Assembly: GCA_016192455.1 (NCBI GenBank)
Contig: JACPUC010000011.1
Location: 62,001 to 126,000 of the forward strand
Direction of reading: 5' to 3'
Origin: Candidatus Tectimicrobiota bacterium
Lineage (GTDB): Bacteria; JACPUC01
Length of the DNA stretch: 64,000 nt
In this document: positions 41,204 through 51,068 of the stretch, piece by piece
How positions within the stretch are numbered: the first letter of the stretch is position 1
Layout: each line of letters begins with the position of its first letter
Translations under genes and position numbers: made by a program
Notes under the pieces: generated by a model
Seen by the model: the letters and a program-made list of their open reading frames with translations, nothing else
Told to the model about the DNA's origin: nothing
Database searches by the model: none

Positions 41204-42226
41204 ATGAAGCGCAGCAGCAGCGTAGCAGTCCTTGCCGCCGTCGTCGCGCTGGCGCTGGTCGGCGCGCACCTCCCCCTGCCTGGCTGGGCGCCGCCGGCCC
41301 GGGCGGAGGAGAGCGTTCGGCTCGGCTACCTGTCGGTGATCTCCTTCGCCCCGGTCTACCTGGCCGAGGACCAGGGATTCCTCAAGGAGCAGGGGCTGAA
41401 GGTCGAGTACGAGCGTTTCGTCTCCGGCTCCAAGATGGTCGCCCCCCTGGCGACCGATCGCCTCAACATCTCGGCGGGCAGCATCAGCGCCGGCTTCTTC
41501 AATTCCCTGGCCCAGGGGAGCGACTTTGTGGTCGTCGCCGATAAGGGCCAGTTCCGCCTGGGGTACGGCTTCAACCACATTGTTGTCAGGAAAGACCTCG
41601 TCGACAGCGGTCGGGTGAAATCGCTCAAGGACCTGAAGGGGATGAAGGTTGCGCCCAACGCGCCGATGAATATCCTGACCTATTTCCTGGGGAACGGTCT
41701 GGAAGAGGCCGGGATGACGCTGAATGACGTTGAGATCGTCTTTGTCGACTTCCCGAAGATGCCGGCGGCGTTGCAGAACAAGGCGGTGGCGGCCGTGGTC
41801 TCCGGCGAACCGTGGGGGGCGCGCATTCAGAAGTTGGGATTCGGCGTGCGCCTCCTCAGCACCGAGGATGTCAAGGCCACCAGGGAGGCCCAGGGCGCGG
41901 TCATCATGTACTCCGGGAAGTTCGCCCGCGAGCGCCGCGGCACGGCGCAAAAGTACATGAACGCCTACCTGAAGGCGGTCCGCTTTTACAACGAGCACGG
42001 GATGAAAGCGCCGCAGGTGCTGGACGTGCTGGAGAAGTGGACGAAGGTGCCGCGGGATATCATCGAGGCGTCAATTCCGTTCTACCTCGACAAGGACGCC
42101 ATGCCGCACACCAAGAGCCTGATGGAGATGCAGGCGTGGTTCCACGCCAAGGGCGCGGTGAAGACGATGGTGCCGCTGGAGCGCATCGTCGATCTCAGCT
42201 TCGTGAAGGCCGCCGCGGCAAAATAG
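41204..42226 (+). CDS. NitT/TauT-type substrate-binding protein
   Basis: Signal peptide, 'APVYLAEDQGFLKEQGL', 'SLKDLKGMKVA', 'GEPW'. Confidence 0.85.
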   Translation: MKRSSSVAVLAAVVALALVGAHLPLPGWAPPARAEESVRLGYLSVISFAPVYLAEDQGFLKEQGLKVEYERFVSGSKMVAPLATDRLNISAGSISAGFFNSLAQGSDFVVVADKGQFRLGYGFNHIVVRKDLVDSGRVKSLKDLKGMKVAPNAPMNILTYFLGNGLEEAGMTLNDVEIVFVDFPKMPAALQNKAVAAVVSGEPWGARIQKLGFGVRLLSTEDVKATREAQGAVIMYSGKFARERRGTAQKYMNAYLKAVRFYNEHGMKAPQVLDVLEKWTKVPRDIIEASIPFYLDKDAMPHTKSLMEMQAWFHAKGAVKTMVPLERIVDLSFVKAAAAK

Positions 42227-42502
42227 AGAAGATAGGCGGCCGCCCAGCGCAGGCGGTGGGTGCGCCAAGGCGTAGGGGTGGGCCTAGAGGCGGGGAGAGG
42301 GGAGCGCGGGGGTAAGCCTCCAGGGTGTCTTGGCTCCGTGAACCCCGACCGTCGACCGGCGCCAAGCACCACTCAGCCGCTCACCGGGCGGCATCCGCGG
42401 CAGAGGGGGCGCCTTGCCGCCCCGGGAAACGACGCCTGCCGCCGCACCCCAACGCATCGCCGGCGCGCCAACCCGAGGCGAGTAACGGGAGGGGAGAGGA
42501 CC

Positions 42503-43717
42503 ATGTGCCGACTCAACTTGAGCATGAAGCGAGGCTTGTGGGCCGCGGTGATCACCCTGGCGACCCTGGCGGCGACCGTCGCCCCGCGCGCCGCCGGCGG
42601 TCAGGCGGCCGGGCCGATCAAGATCGGGCTGCTCACCGCTATGACGGGGGCCCTGGCCGAGAATGGGACCAGCATCGCCCAGGCGGTGAAGCTCTATTTC
42701 TCGGAGATCGATAACCAGGTCGCCGGGCGGAAGATCGAGCTCATCACCGAGGACACGGCGAGCACGGTGAACACCGGGATCACCAAGACCCGCAAGCTCC
42801 TGGAGCGCGATGGGGTGCACCTCATCCTCGGCCCGGTGCACAGCGGCATCGCCATGGCGATCCGCAACCTCGTGCACGGCCGCAAGGTGCCGCTGGTCAT
42901 CACCCAAGCGACCGCCAATGCCCTGACGCAGGAGCAGGCCAGCCCCTACGTCTTCCGCGCCTCCTATACCTCGGCCCAGGTCCACCTCGGCATGGGGCCC
43001 TACCTGCGGCAGAAGTTGGGCTGGCGGCGCATCGCCATCGTGGCCTTTGATTTCATCGCCGGCCACGAGCACGCCGACGGCTTTATCGGCAGCTTCAAGG
43101 AAGCCGGCGGCGAGGTCGGCCTCGAGCTCTACCCGGCGCTCGGCGCCACCGACATGGCTCCCTACCTGACGCGCATCAAGTCCGAGGCAAACCGGCTCGA
43201 TGGGGTGGTTGCCATCCTCTGGGGCGCGGCCTCCATTCACTTCATCAAGGGCTACCAGGATTACGGGCTGAAGGGGAAGATTCCCCTCCTCGCCTATGGG
43301 GCGACGATGGATGACGCCTACCTGCCCACCATGGGCGAAGCAGCCCTGGGCATCCCAAGCTGGGAAATCTGGTCGCGCGTCCTTGACACCCCGGAGAACA
43401 AACGCTTCGCGCAGGTAGTCCTGACGGCCTACAACCGGCGGGTGACCCGTAACCACGAGCTCGGCTACACAGCCGCCAAGGCCGTCGGCGAAGCCCTCAA
43501 AGCCGTCCAGGGGAAGGTGGAAGACCAGGAGAAGTTCCTCCAGGCCCTGCGCCAGGTGCGCTTTGAATCGCCGCGCGGCCCATTCCGCTTCGATGACAAG
43601 CAGAACGCCGTGGTCACCGTCTACATCAGGGAGGTGCGCAACGTCGACGGCCAGCTTGAGAATGTGGTCACCGACAGCATGCCCGACATCGATCAGTTCT
43701 GGAAAGCGCGCAAGTAG
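42503..43717 (+). CDS. HAAT ABC substrate-binding protein, close paralogue of 37035-38249
   Basis: Long shared stretches such as 'AGRKI.LI.EDTAS.VNTG.TK.RKL', 'LGATDMAPYLTRI.SEA' and 'FLQALRQVRFE.PRGPFRFDDKQNAV'. Confidence 0.88.
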   Translation: MCRLNLSMKRGLWAAVITLATLAATVAPRAAGGQAAGPIKIGLLTAMTGALAENGTSIAQAVKLYFSEIDNQVAGRKIELITEDTASTVNTGITKTRKLLERDGVHLILGPVHSGIAMAIRNLVHGRKVPLVITQATANALTQEQASPYVFRASYTSAQVHLGMGPYLRQKLGWRRIAIVAFDFIAGHEHADGFIGSFKEAGGEVGLELYPALGATDMAPYLTRIKSEANRLDGVVAILWGAASIHFIKGYQDYGLKGKIPLLAYGATMDDAYLPTMGEAALGIPSWEIWSRVLDTPENKRFAQVVLTAYNRRVTRNHELGYTAAKAVGEALKAVQGKVEDQEKFLQALRQVRFESPRGPFRFDDKQNAVVTVYIREVRNVDGQLENVVTDSMPDIDQFWKARK

Positions 43718-44113
43718 GCAGCGCGCCCGCGGCCCGGCAGGCGGCGCGCCGCAGGGCTGCGGCTGGAGTTGCGCCCCTCCAGCGGTCGGCGCGCGGCACT
43801 CCTGTTTTTCCCGGAATTGCTGAACATCGCGGAGGGGGGGCGGCGCGTGTCTTGAGTCTCACCGGTGCGCGTCAAAGGGTGTTGTGTCTCGCTTTTTGCG
43901 AAAAATGATCCACAACGAGGCTTGCCGCGCACCAGTGATCCACAAAACTCCACAAGGACGGCGCCAGGGCGCAGAGCTTCGCCGAAGCAGGCGTCGAACA
44001 AGCCGCCCTGGCCTGGTTTGAAAGCCTCGGCTGCGCCGTGGCAGCGAGGCGGCGGGGCGCCGCGCAGCGGTCAGACAGCCCGACGTAGCCTTCCACCCCT
44101 GCGGAACTGAGGA

Positions 44114-44968
44114 ATGGCGTACTGGCTCACCCAGACGTTCAACGGCCTGACGTTCGGCATGCTCCTCTTCCTCCTTGCCGCCGGCCTCTCCCTCATCTTC
44201 GGCTTGATGCGCATTGTGAACCTCGCCCATGGTTCGTTCTACCTGCTGGGGGCCTACCTCGCTCTGACCGTCAGCCAGCTCACGGGGAGCTTCCTCCTGG
44301 CTGTCCTGGGGGCCGCCGCCGTCGTGGCCTGCCTTGGCATCGTCATCGAGCGGCTCTTCCTGCGGCGGGTGCAGAACCAGGAGCTGCCGCAGGTCCTCCT
44401 CACGTTCGGCTTCATCTTCGTCCTCGAGGACATCGCCCTGTGGCTCTGGGGAGCCATCCCTACCCTGCTGGAGAAGCCGGTGCTCTTCGCCGGCTCACTG
44501 CAGATCGGCGGCATCGTCGTGCCGAGCTACCGCATCCTGATCGTCGTCGTGGGGCTGCTCATCGCGGCGGCTCTCTGGGCGCTGCAGTCGCGCACCCGCA
44601 TCGGCGCGATCATTCGGGCGAGCGTGGACGATGAGGAGATGGCGCGCGGGCTGGGCATCAACACCCCCCGGATGTTCACCTGGATGTTCGCCCTGGGCTG
44701 CTTCCTCGCCGCCCTGGGGGGAGTGATGGGAGGCGCGCTGGTGGGGATGTACCCGGGCGCCGGCTTTGAGATTCTGGTGTTGGCGCTTGTCGTGGTCATC
44801 GTCGGGGGACTGGGGAGCCTGCGCGGCGCCTTCATCGGCAGCCTCCTGGTGGGGCTGTTGGACAACTTCGGCAAGGCGCTGTTTCCCGAGCTGTCGTTGT
44901 TCACCATCTTTGCCCCCATGGCGATCGTGCTTGCGGTGAAGCCAACCGGCCTCTTTGGAAGAGCCTGA
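44114..44968 (+). CDS. livH: HAAT ABC permease, LivH-type
   Basis: 'GMLLFLLAAGLSLIFGLMRIVNLAHG', 'GAIIRASVDDEEMARGLGIN'. Confidence 0.9.
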   Translation: MAYWLTQTFNGLTFGMLLFLLAAGLSLIFGLMRIVNLAHGSFYLLGAYLALTVSQLTGSFLLAVLGAAAVVACLGIVIERLFLRRVQNQELPQVLLTFGFIFVLEDIALWLWGAIPTLLEKPVLFAGSLQIGGIVVPSYRILIVVVGLLIAAALWALQSRTRIGAIIRASVDDEEMARGLGINTPRMFTWMFALGCFLAALGGVMGGALVGMYPGAGFEILVLALVVVIVGGLGSLRGAFIGSLLVGLLDNFGKALFPELSLFTIFAPMAIVLAVKPTGLFGRA

Positions 44969-44972
44969 GCCG

Positions 44973-45911
44973 ATGCGTCGCTCCACCCTCATCGCGGCGG
45001 TGATCCTGGCGGTCCTGGTGGTTTGGCCGTTCGTCGTGCCCGCCTATACGCGCGGCCTGATGATCCAGACGTTGATCCTGGCGATCTTCGCCATGAGTCT
45101 GGACGTGCAGCTCGGCTACACCGGCCTCCCCTCCCTCGGCCATGCGGCCTACTTCGGGGCGGCCGGGTTCACGGCGGCGCTGCTCATCCTGCACGTCACC
45201 ACCAATTTCTGGCCCATCCTGGCCGCCTGCCTCGGCGTGGCGGCCCTGGGAGCCGCCCTCTTCGGGCTGCTGGCGCTGCAGACCACCGGCGCCTACTTCC
45301 TCATGATCACCCTGGCGCTGGCGCAGGTGCTCTGGGGGCTGGCCTTCAAGTGGCGCTCGTTCACGGGGGGAGAGGATGGCCTGCCCGGCGTCAGCCGGCC
45401 CGACCTGAAGCTGCCGATCTCGCTCTGGAACGACACGACCTTTTACTTCTTCGTGCTCATCACCTTCCTGATCAGCACGGCCCTGCTGCTGCTGCTGGTG
45501 CGTTCCCCCTTCGGCCAGGCCCTCAAGGGGGTGCGGGAGAATGCGCTGCGGATGCGCGCCCTGGGCTACAACGTCTGGCTCTTCAAGTACCTCGGCTTCA
45601 TCATCGCGGGCGTCTTCGCCGGCGTCGCGGGCATGCTCTTCGTCTTCTACAACGGCCACGTCAGCGCCTCCGACTTGAGCATCACGATGTCGGGCCGGGT
45701 GCTCCTGATGGTCATCCTGGGTGGGACGGGGACCCTCGTCGGGCCGATCTTCGGCTCCTTCGCCATTGTCTTCCTGGAGAATGAAATCAGCTCGCAGATC
45801 GAGCGCTGGCCCATTGTCATGGGGGCAATCTACATCGCCGTGGTGCTCTTCGCGCCCCAGGGCGTGATCGGCCTGCTGAAGAGCTGGAGCGCGCGATGGG
45901 GGCGGGCATGA
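44973..45911 (+). CDS. livM: HAAT ABC permease, LivM-type
   Basis: 'GYTGLPSLGHAAYFG', 'YFLMITLA', 'TGGEDG', 'GVRENALRMRALGYN'. Confidence 0.9.
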   Translation: MRRSTLIAAVILAVLVVWPFVVPAYTRGLMIQTLILAIFAMSLDVQLGYTGLPSLGHAAYFGAAGFTAALLILHVTTNFWPILAACLGVAALGAALFGLLALQTTGAYFLMITLALAQVLWGLAFKWRSFTGGEDGLPGVSRPDLKLPISLWNDTTFYFFVLITFLISTALLLLLVRSPFGQALKGVRENALRMRALGYNVWLFKYLGFIIAGVFAGVAGMLFVFYNGHVSASDLSITMSGRVLLMVILGGTGTLVGPIFGSFAIVFLENEISSQIERWPIVMGAIYIAVVLFAPQGVIGLLKSWSARWGRA

Positions 45912-46654
45912 AACCCTTGCTCGTTGAGTCGGTCACGAAGAACTTCGGGGGCTTCAACGCCCTCAACGGGGTGACGCTCGACTTCGAGCCGGGCGAGCGG
46001 CGCGCCATCATCGGGCCCAACGGCGCCGGCAAGACGACCCTCTTCAACGTCATCACCGGCGTCCTGCCGCCCTCGGCTGGCCGGGTCGTTCTCTTCGGGC
46101 GCGACGTCACCCGCCTCCCCATGCACCGGCGATCGGCCTTGGGGCTGGCGCGGACCTTCCAGATCAACACCCTCTTCCCGAAGCTGACGATCACGGAGAA
46201 CGTGGCCCTGGCGGTGCAGGCCCAGACGCGCCTGCGCTACGTCTGCTATCGCCCCTGGCGCGCCTACCGGGCACTGACCGAGCGCTGCGACGCCCTCCTG
46301 ACCGCGTGGGGCCTGTGGGACCTGCGCGACGCGCGGGTGAGCGAACTCTCCTACGGCGACCAGCGCCAAGTCGAGATCGTCCTTGCCATGGCCACGCAGC
46401 CCAAGGTCCTGCTGCTCGACGAACCGACCGCGGGACTCTCCACCGCCGAGACCGCCGTCGTCACCGCCTTGATCAAGCAGCTCGATCCGAGCATCACCAT
46501 CGTGCTCATCGAGCACGACATGGACGTGGCCCTGCACCTGGCCGAACGCATCACCGTGCTGCATTACGGCGAGAAAGTCGCCGAGGGCTCCCCCGAGGAG
46601 ATCAAGACAAACCCCCTCGTCGCCGAGATTTACCTCGGCGCGGGGCTGACGTGA
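45908..46654 (+). CDS. livG: HAAT ABC ATP-binding protein, LivG-type
   Basis: GPNGAGKTT, LSYGDQR, LLLDEPTAG, IEHDM. Confidence 0.92.
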   Translation: MKPLLVESVTKNFGGFNALNGVTLDFEPGERRAIIGPNGAGKTTLFNVITGVLPPSAGRVVLFGRDVTRLPMHRRSALGLARTFQINTLFPKLTITENVALAVQAQTRLRYVCYRPWRAYRALTERCDALLTAWGLWDLRDARVSELSYGDQRQVEIVLAMATQPKVLLLDEPTAGLSTAETAVVTALIKQLDPSITIVLIEHDMDVALHLAERITVLHYGEKVAEGSPEEIKTNPLVAEIYLGAGLT

Positions 46655-46661
46655 GGGAAGG

Positions 46662-47366
46662 ATGCTCGAGGTCGAGGATATCCACACCTACTACGGCGAC
46701 AGCTACGTCATCCAGGGGGTGTCGCTGCGGGTGCCGGAGCACGCCGTCGTCGCCGTGCTCGGACGCAACGGCGTCGGCAAGACGACCCTGGTGCGCTCCA
46801 TCATCGGCTTCACCCCGCCGCGGCGGGGGAGCATTCGCTTCAAGGGCGTGGAGATCAGCCGCCAGCCGGCCTACAAGATCGTTCGGGCGGGGATCGGCCT
46901 GGTGCCGCAGGGGCGGCGCATCTTCCGCTCCCTGACGGTGAGGGAGAACCTGGAGGTGGCCTCCCTGGCCCGCCCGCCCGGCCGGGCCAGCCGCTGGACC
47001 CCGGACAGCATCGGCAAGCTCTTCCCGCGGCTGCGCGAGCGCGCCTCCCATGCCGGCGTCAAGCTCAGCGGCGGGGAACAGCAGATGCTGGCGATCGCCC
47101 GCGCCCTGCTGAGCAACCCCGAGCTCCTCCTGCTGGACGAGCCGACCGAGGGCCTGGCGCCCCTCTTGGTGCGCGAGCTGCACGCCCTGATCCGCACCCT
47201 CAAAGACGAGGGATTCTCCATCCTACTGATCGAGCAGAACCTCCCCTTCGCCCTCACCCTGGCCGATCACGTCCACGTCATGAGCAAGGGCCGCATCGTC
47301 TATGACGCCCCGCCGGCCGATCTCATGCACAACGAGGCGGTGAAGTCGCGCTACCTGGGCATCTGA
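46662..47366 (+). CDS. livF: HAAT ABC ATP-binding protein, LivF-type
   Basis: GRNGVGKTT, LSGGEQQM, DEPTEGLAP, IEQN. Confidence 0.92.
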   Translation: MLEVEDIHTYYGDSYVIQGVSLRVPEHAVVAVLGRNGVGKTTLVRSIIGFTPPRRGSIRFKGVEISRQPAYKIVRAGIGLVPQGRRIFRSLTVRENLEVASLARPPGRASRWTPDSIGKLFPRLRERASHAGVKLSGGEQQMLAIARALLSNPELLLLDEPTEGLAPLLVRELHALIRTLKDEGFSILLIEQNLPFALTLADHVHVMSKGRIVYDAPPADLMHNEAVKSRYLGI

Positions 47367-47464
47367 TGGTCGCGCGCCGCCTGCCGCCGGCGGCGGGCGA
47401 GGGGCCCTGCCCGTCGCAGCGGCCTAATCCCCGCGCGGCGCCGAACGGCAGGCAGGGACGTTCC

Positions 47465-48303
47465 GGCAGCTCCCCATGGGCCTTCGGCCCACCCGCAAGG
47501 TCATGAAAATAAGCGCGCGCACTTCTTTCTCGGCAGGCTTTCATCCCATCGACCGTAGGGCGGTTCGCGAACCGCCCCTACCAGCGGCATGCAAGGAACC
47601 ACTGATGAACACGGATGGACACTGATATTTGTGTGAACCCGCGTCCATCTGTGCTTCCTCCCCCTCCCTTCTCCGCGTCCTCTGCGTCTCCGCGGTGCAC
47701 TCCATTCAACCGCAAAGACGCAGAGAACGCAGAGGTGAAGGAGACTGGCCGCATGACCGTCAGCCGCACCATCACGTGAAATCAACCACGTAGACGCTTA
47801 TTTCCGGTTTATAGGGAGCGACCGTCTCTCATGTCGAAGGGTTCGGCGCCCTGGGTGTAGGGGCACCGCTGTCTGCGCCCCGGCGTGGCGGCTCAGCGGG
47901 GACGACTCGGAGGGCGGGGCAAGCCCTGCCCCTAAGGGTCCGCACATCCCGTCCGCTACACGACGCACGGTGGCAAACCTGCAATGTCGTGAAATCAACC
48001 ACTTGGGGGTTCTTTTCCCCAAGCAGGCCTCCGTCCCATCGACCGTAGGGGCGGTTCGCGAACCGCCCCTGCCAGCGGCATGCAAGGAACCACTGATGAA
48101 CACGGATGGACACTGATATTTGTGTGAACCCGCGTCCATCTGTGCTTCCTTCCCCTACCTTCTCCGCGTCCTCTGCGTCTCCGCGGTGCACTCCATTCAA
48201 CCGCAAAGACGCAGAGAACGCAGAGGTGAAGGAGACTGGCCGCATGACCGTCAGCCGCACCATCACGTGAAATCAACCACTTCGAGGTTCTCTTTTCTAA
48301 GCA
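47465..48303 (-). repeat. Composite REP-like element, arrangement J-A-J-B-J-A-C (inverted relative to 4281-4810)
   Basis: cgtgaaatcaaccac at 47775-47789, 47988-48002 and 48266-48280. Module A is duplicated with a 491-bp period (~47545-47790 vs ~48035-48281). Module C at 47465-47508 matches 4768-4810. Confidence 0.92.
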
Positions 48304-48400
48304 GGTGGTTGGCGTGAAGCGGGGGCGCTGCGAAGTCCGTCCGAGGCGCTCGGCGCGGCGGCTCACTCGTGTCGTCCGCGACGGCTCACTCCGGCCCGCC

Positions 48401-49771
48401 TCAGCGCAGGTCCAGCTTGAAGCCGTCCCAGGCGCGCAGGAAGCGCAGGTGGGCGCCGTCCTGCCACTCCGAGAGGTAGATGGGGCGCACCGCGTCGCCG
48501 CTGCGGGAGAACTTGAAGTCTCCGGTGACGCCCCGGTACTCCAGGCGCCGCATGACGTTGAAGAGCTGGTCGCCGCTGGTCCCCGCCTTGCGGAAGGCGT
48601 TGGCGAGCACGAGCACGGCGTCGTAGGCGAAGGCATGCCACTCGTCGCCTCCCCCCGGCAAGGTCGGCAGCCGCTGCTGGGAGGCCGGCGACGCCTTGCC
48701 CGTGATATGGCCCGGTTCGTACCCCCTGCCGACGAGGACGCCGTTGCCGGCGGTGTCCGTGATGTCGTAGAAGAAGGGGTGAGCCAGCTCCTGACCACCG
48801 AGGAACGGCACCTCCCAGCCCAGCTTGCGCGCCTGCCGCACGATGAGCGCGCTCTCCGTCATCGGGCCGCGCAGGAGGACCGCCTGCGGCTTCAGCAAGT
48901 TCAGGTTGTGCAAAAGGGCCGAGAACTCCGTCCTGCCGAGCTCGTAGTATTGCACCGTGAGGAGCGAGGTGCCGTCCTTCCGCTGCAGGGTGATGGAGCG
49001 CAGGCTCTCCGCGAGATCGCGCCCCGCGGCGCTGTCCGGCCCCACCAGGGCGAAGCTGCGCCAGCCGCGGTCGGCGGCGGCGTAGTCGATGAGGTTGCCG
49101 TAGAGGAGCTCGGCTGATGGGCTGACGCGGAAGACGGTGCGGCTGCCGCCGCGGGTGACCGCGGGCGCATCGTCGGAGAAGACGAGCTGCGGGATGTTCG
49201 CATTGGCGCTGACCGGCAGGACGGCCTGGACCTCGGCGCCGCTGAGGCCGGTGATGAGGGCCGCCACCTGATAGGTGGAGAGGGCGCGCTCGGCGGCGGC
49301 AAGGGCCTCGCCGGCGGTGCCGCGGGTGTCTTCGAAGATGAGGCGCAGGTGCCTGCCGTCGATGCCTCCCGCGGCATTGAACGTGGCGACGGCCATCTCG
49401 ATGGCCCGCTTCGAGGGCTGGAAGAGCGGCGCAAACTCTCCGCTCAAGGGGCCGAGCACGCCGATGGGAAGGGGGAGGGCGGGCGGAGCCTCTTCCGTCG
49501 GCGCCTGCCGAATGGCGGGAGGCGCGGTCGGCTGGGCCAGGGTGGTCAATCCCTGTGCCGCGACGAGGAGCAGCGTGACAGCCGTCAGGGCCGCCGACAG
49601 GCCCAACCGCCCGCCGCGCCGCGCCTCCCAGGCAGTCCGCGGCCCGTTCACGCGCCCGCCAAGCGGCGACCTGCGCTGCGTGGGAGAGGGCACTGCCGGC
49701 TCCACCTCGCCCTCCTGCAAAGCTCCATCGGTGGCCTCGCCGCGGGAACCGGCGCCGCGCCGTCTCGGCAT
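48401..49771 (-). CDS. HAAT ABC substrate-binding protein (start uncertain; GTG 49651 possible)
   Basis: 'IGVLGPLSG', 'FNAAGGIDGRHL', 'VFRVSPS', 'AYDAVLVLA', 'YRGVTGDFKF'. Confidence 0.8.
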   Translation of the reverse strand: MPRRRGAGSRGEATDGALQEGEVEPAVPSPTQRRSPLGGRVNGPRTAWEARRGGRLGLSAALTAVTLLLVAAQGLTTLAQPTAPPAIRQAPTEEAPPALPLPIGVLGPLSGEFAPLFQPSKRAIEMAVATFNAAGGIDGRHLRLIFEDTRGTAGEALAAAERALSTYQVAALITGLSGAEVQAVLPVSANANIPQLVFSDDAPAVTRGGSRTVFRVSPSAELLYGNLIDYAAADRGWRSFALVGPDSAAGRDLAESLRSITLQRKDGTSLLTVQYYELGRTEFSALLHNLNLLKPQAVLLRGPMTESALIVRQARKLGWEVPFLGGQELAHPFFYDITDTAGNGVLVGRGYEPGHITGKASPASQQRLPTLPGGGDEWHAFAYDAVLVLANAFRKAGTSGDQLFNVMRRLEYRGVTGDFKFSRSGDAVRPIYLSEWQDGAHLRFLRAWDGFKLDLR

Positions 49772-49849
49772 CCCTCGCCTTGACCGGCCCGAGGCAGCTC
49801 CCGAGGGCCGCCGCGGGCGCCCGCTGCTCGCCCTGGAGCTGGGCGCACC

Positions 49850-50512
49850 TCACTCCCGCAGCATGGCGCTGACTCGCGCCGGCGCCGCGTCGGCGCCCCG
49901 CAGAGGCATCGGGAAGGCCTGCACGAGGTAGCGTCCAGGGGCGAGGGGGGTGAGGTTCAGGTTCTCGATGATCAGCACCTCGGCGCCGAGGAGGGTGCGG
50001 TGGATGGGGTAGGCAAAGTCCTTGCCGCGCAGCGGAAACGGCATATCCGGCGTGACGAAATCGACCCCCACCATCTTCGCGCCGCGCTCGACGAGCCAGC
50101 GCGCCAGCTCCTCCTCGAGGTAGGGATGGAGGTGGTAGTCCTGCTCACCCCACTTCGCCCCCCAGCCGGTCTTGAAGAGGAGGATGTCGCCGGCCCTGAT
50201 CTCCAGCCCCGTTCGCTCCACGTCGGCGACGCTGAAGCCTTCCTTGCCGGGACGTGCAATCGGCACCACGATCCCTTCCCCGGCGAAGCGGTCCAGGCTG
50301 AGCTGGTCGATCGTCTTGCCGCCGGGCACGAAGTGCACCGGGGCGTCCACGTGGGTGCCCAGGTGCGTGCCGCCGCGGTATTCCATCATGCTGAAATCAG
50401 CGCTCGCCGAGGTTTGCAGGCTCTTCAGCGTCGGCCCCGGCACCACGTGCCCATGGGGCATGCCCTCGTAGATCGGCTGCGACAGGTCCACCCAGCGCAG
50501 GGCCATGGTCAT
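49850..50512 (-). CDS. Cyclase-family (kynurenine formamidase-like) metal-dependent hydrolase
   Basis: 'VDLSQPI', 'HLGTHVDAPVHF', 'GVD', 'HRTLL...IIENL', 'GADAAPAR'. Confidence 0.9.
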   Translation of the reverse strand: MTMALRWVDLSQPIYEGMPHGHVVPGPTLKSLQTSASADFSMMEYRGGTHLGTHVDAPVHFVPGGKTIDQLSLDRFAGEGIVVPIARPGKEGFSVADVERTGLEIRAGDILLFKTGWGAKWGEQDYHLHPYLEEELARWLVERGAKMVGVDFVTPDMPFPLRGKDFAYPIHRTLLGAEVLIIENLNLTPLAPGRYLVQAFPMPLRGADAAPARVSAMLRE

Positions 50513-50557
50513 GGCCGTTCCTTATCCCCCAGCGCGCCCGATGCCGGCGCGGCGCCG

Positions 50558-50944
50558 TCAGCTCTTCTTCTCGCCGGCGAAGCGCTGCTTATTCACCACC
50601 ACGCGCACGTGCGTGCCCTCGCCGATCTTCGTCTCGCCGTTCCACGACTCGACCTCGAAGGTGACGCGGCGCTTGTTGATCTCCTTCACCTTTGAGGTGG
50701 TCCTGATCGTATCCCCAACCTTTGCGGCGGCCAGGTGGAAGACGTTGACGTGGTAGCCGACCGAGGCGTCCCCCTCTTCGAAGTGGCGCTCCAGGATGAG
50801 GCGGGAGCACTGCTCGATGAGGCGAATCATCGAGGGGGTGGAGAGGACCGATTGGACATTCGGCCCCATGTGCGAGATGCCGTCGCTCGGCTGCACCACG
50901 TGCGCCGTCTCATTTGATTCACCTACGTGAAGGCCGTCCTTCAT
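50558..50944 (-). CDS. FlK-like hotdog-fold thioesterase
   Basis: 'VLSTPSMIRLIE', 'SVG..VNV.HLAA', 'IGEGTHVR' (Thr/Glu/His triad pattern). Confidence 0.85.
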   Translation of the reverse strand: MKDGLHVGESNETAHVVQPSDGISHMGPNVQSVLSTPSMIRLIEQCSRLILERHFEEGDASVGYHVNVFHLAAAKVGDTIRTTSKVKEINKRRVTFEVESWNGETKIGEGTHVRVVVNKQRFAGEKKS

Positions 50945-51052
50945 CGTCCCTTCTCCTGCTGGTTCGCTGCCCCCTGGGGCCACTCCATCAACATGGGGGG
51001 CTCCCCGCCGGGCATTCTCAGGCCCCGCCGTGGCCTCCCCTTGCCCGCGGAA

Positions 51053-51068
51053 TGTTCCACGTGGAACA
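51053..51068. promoter_or_regulatory. parS centromere-like site (ParB binding)
   Basis: Intergenic perfect palindrome TGTTCCACGTGGAACA (extends to 22 bp, 51050-51071), matching the bacterial parS consensus TGTT(T/C)CACGTG(A/G)AACA. Confidence 0.85.

Noticed and set aside
38153..41998. 1281-aa minus-strand ORF and similar long antisense ORFs (473-2560, 4837-7314, 11764-13758, 19944-21782, 34694-36628)
   Set aside because: They are antisense shadows of well-supported genes, expected from high GC3 codon bias, and show no motifs.
47771..47789. Junction motif shares TTTCACGTGA with parS (also 48262-48280)
   Set aside because: Only the core matches; the outer TGT/ACA arms are absent.
47530..48303. 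Possible CRISPR array or integron attC array
   Set aside because: The units are 213-278 bp and the 'spacers' are themselves repeated. There are no cas or intI genes, no RYYYAAC...GTTRRRY structure was seen, and there are no cassette ORFs.
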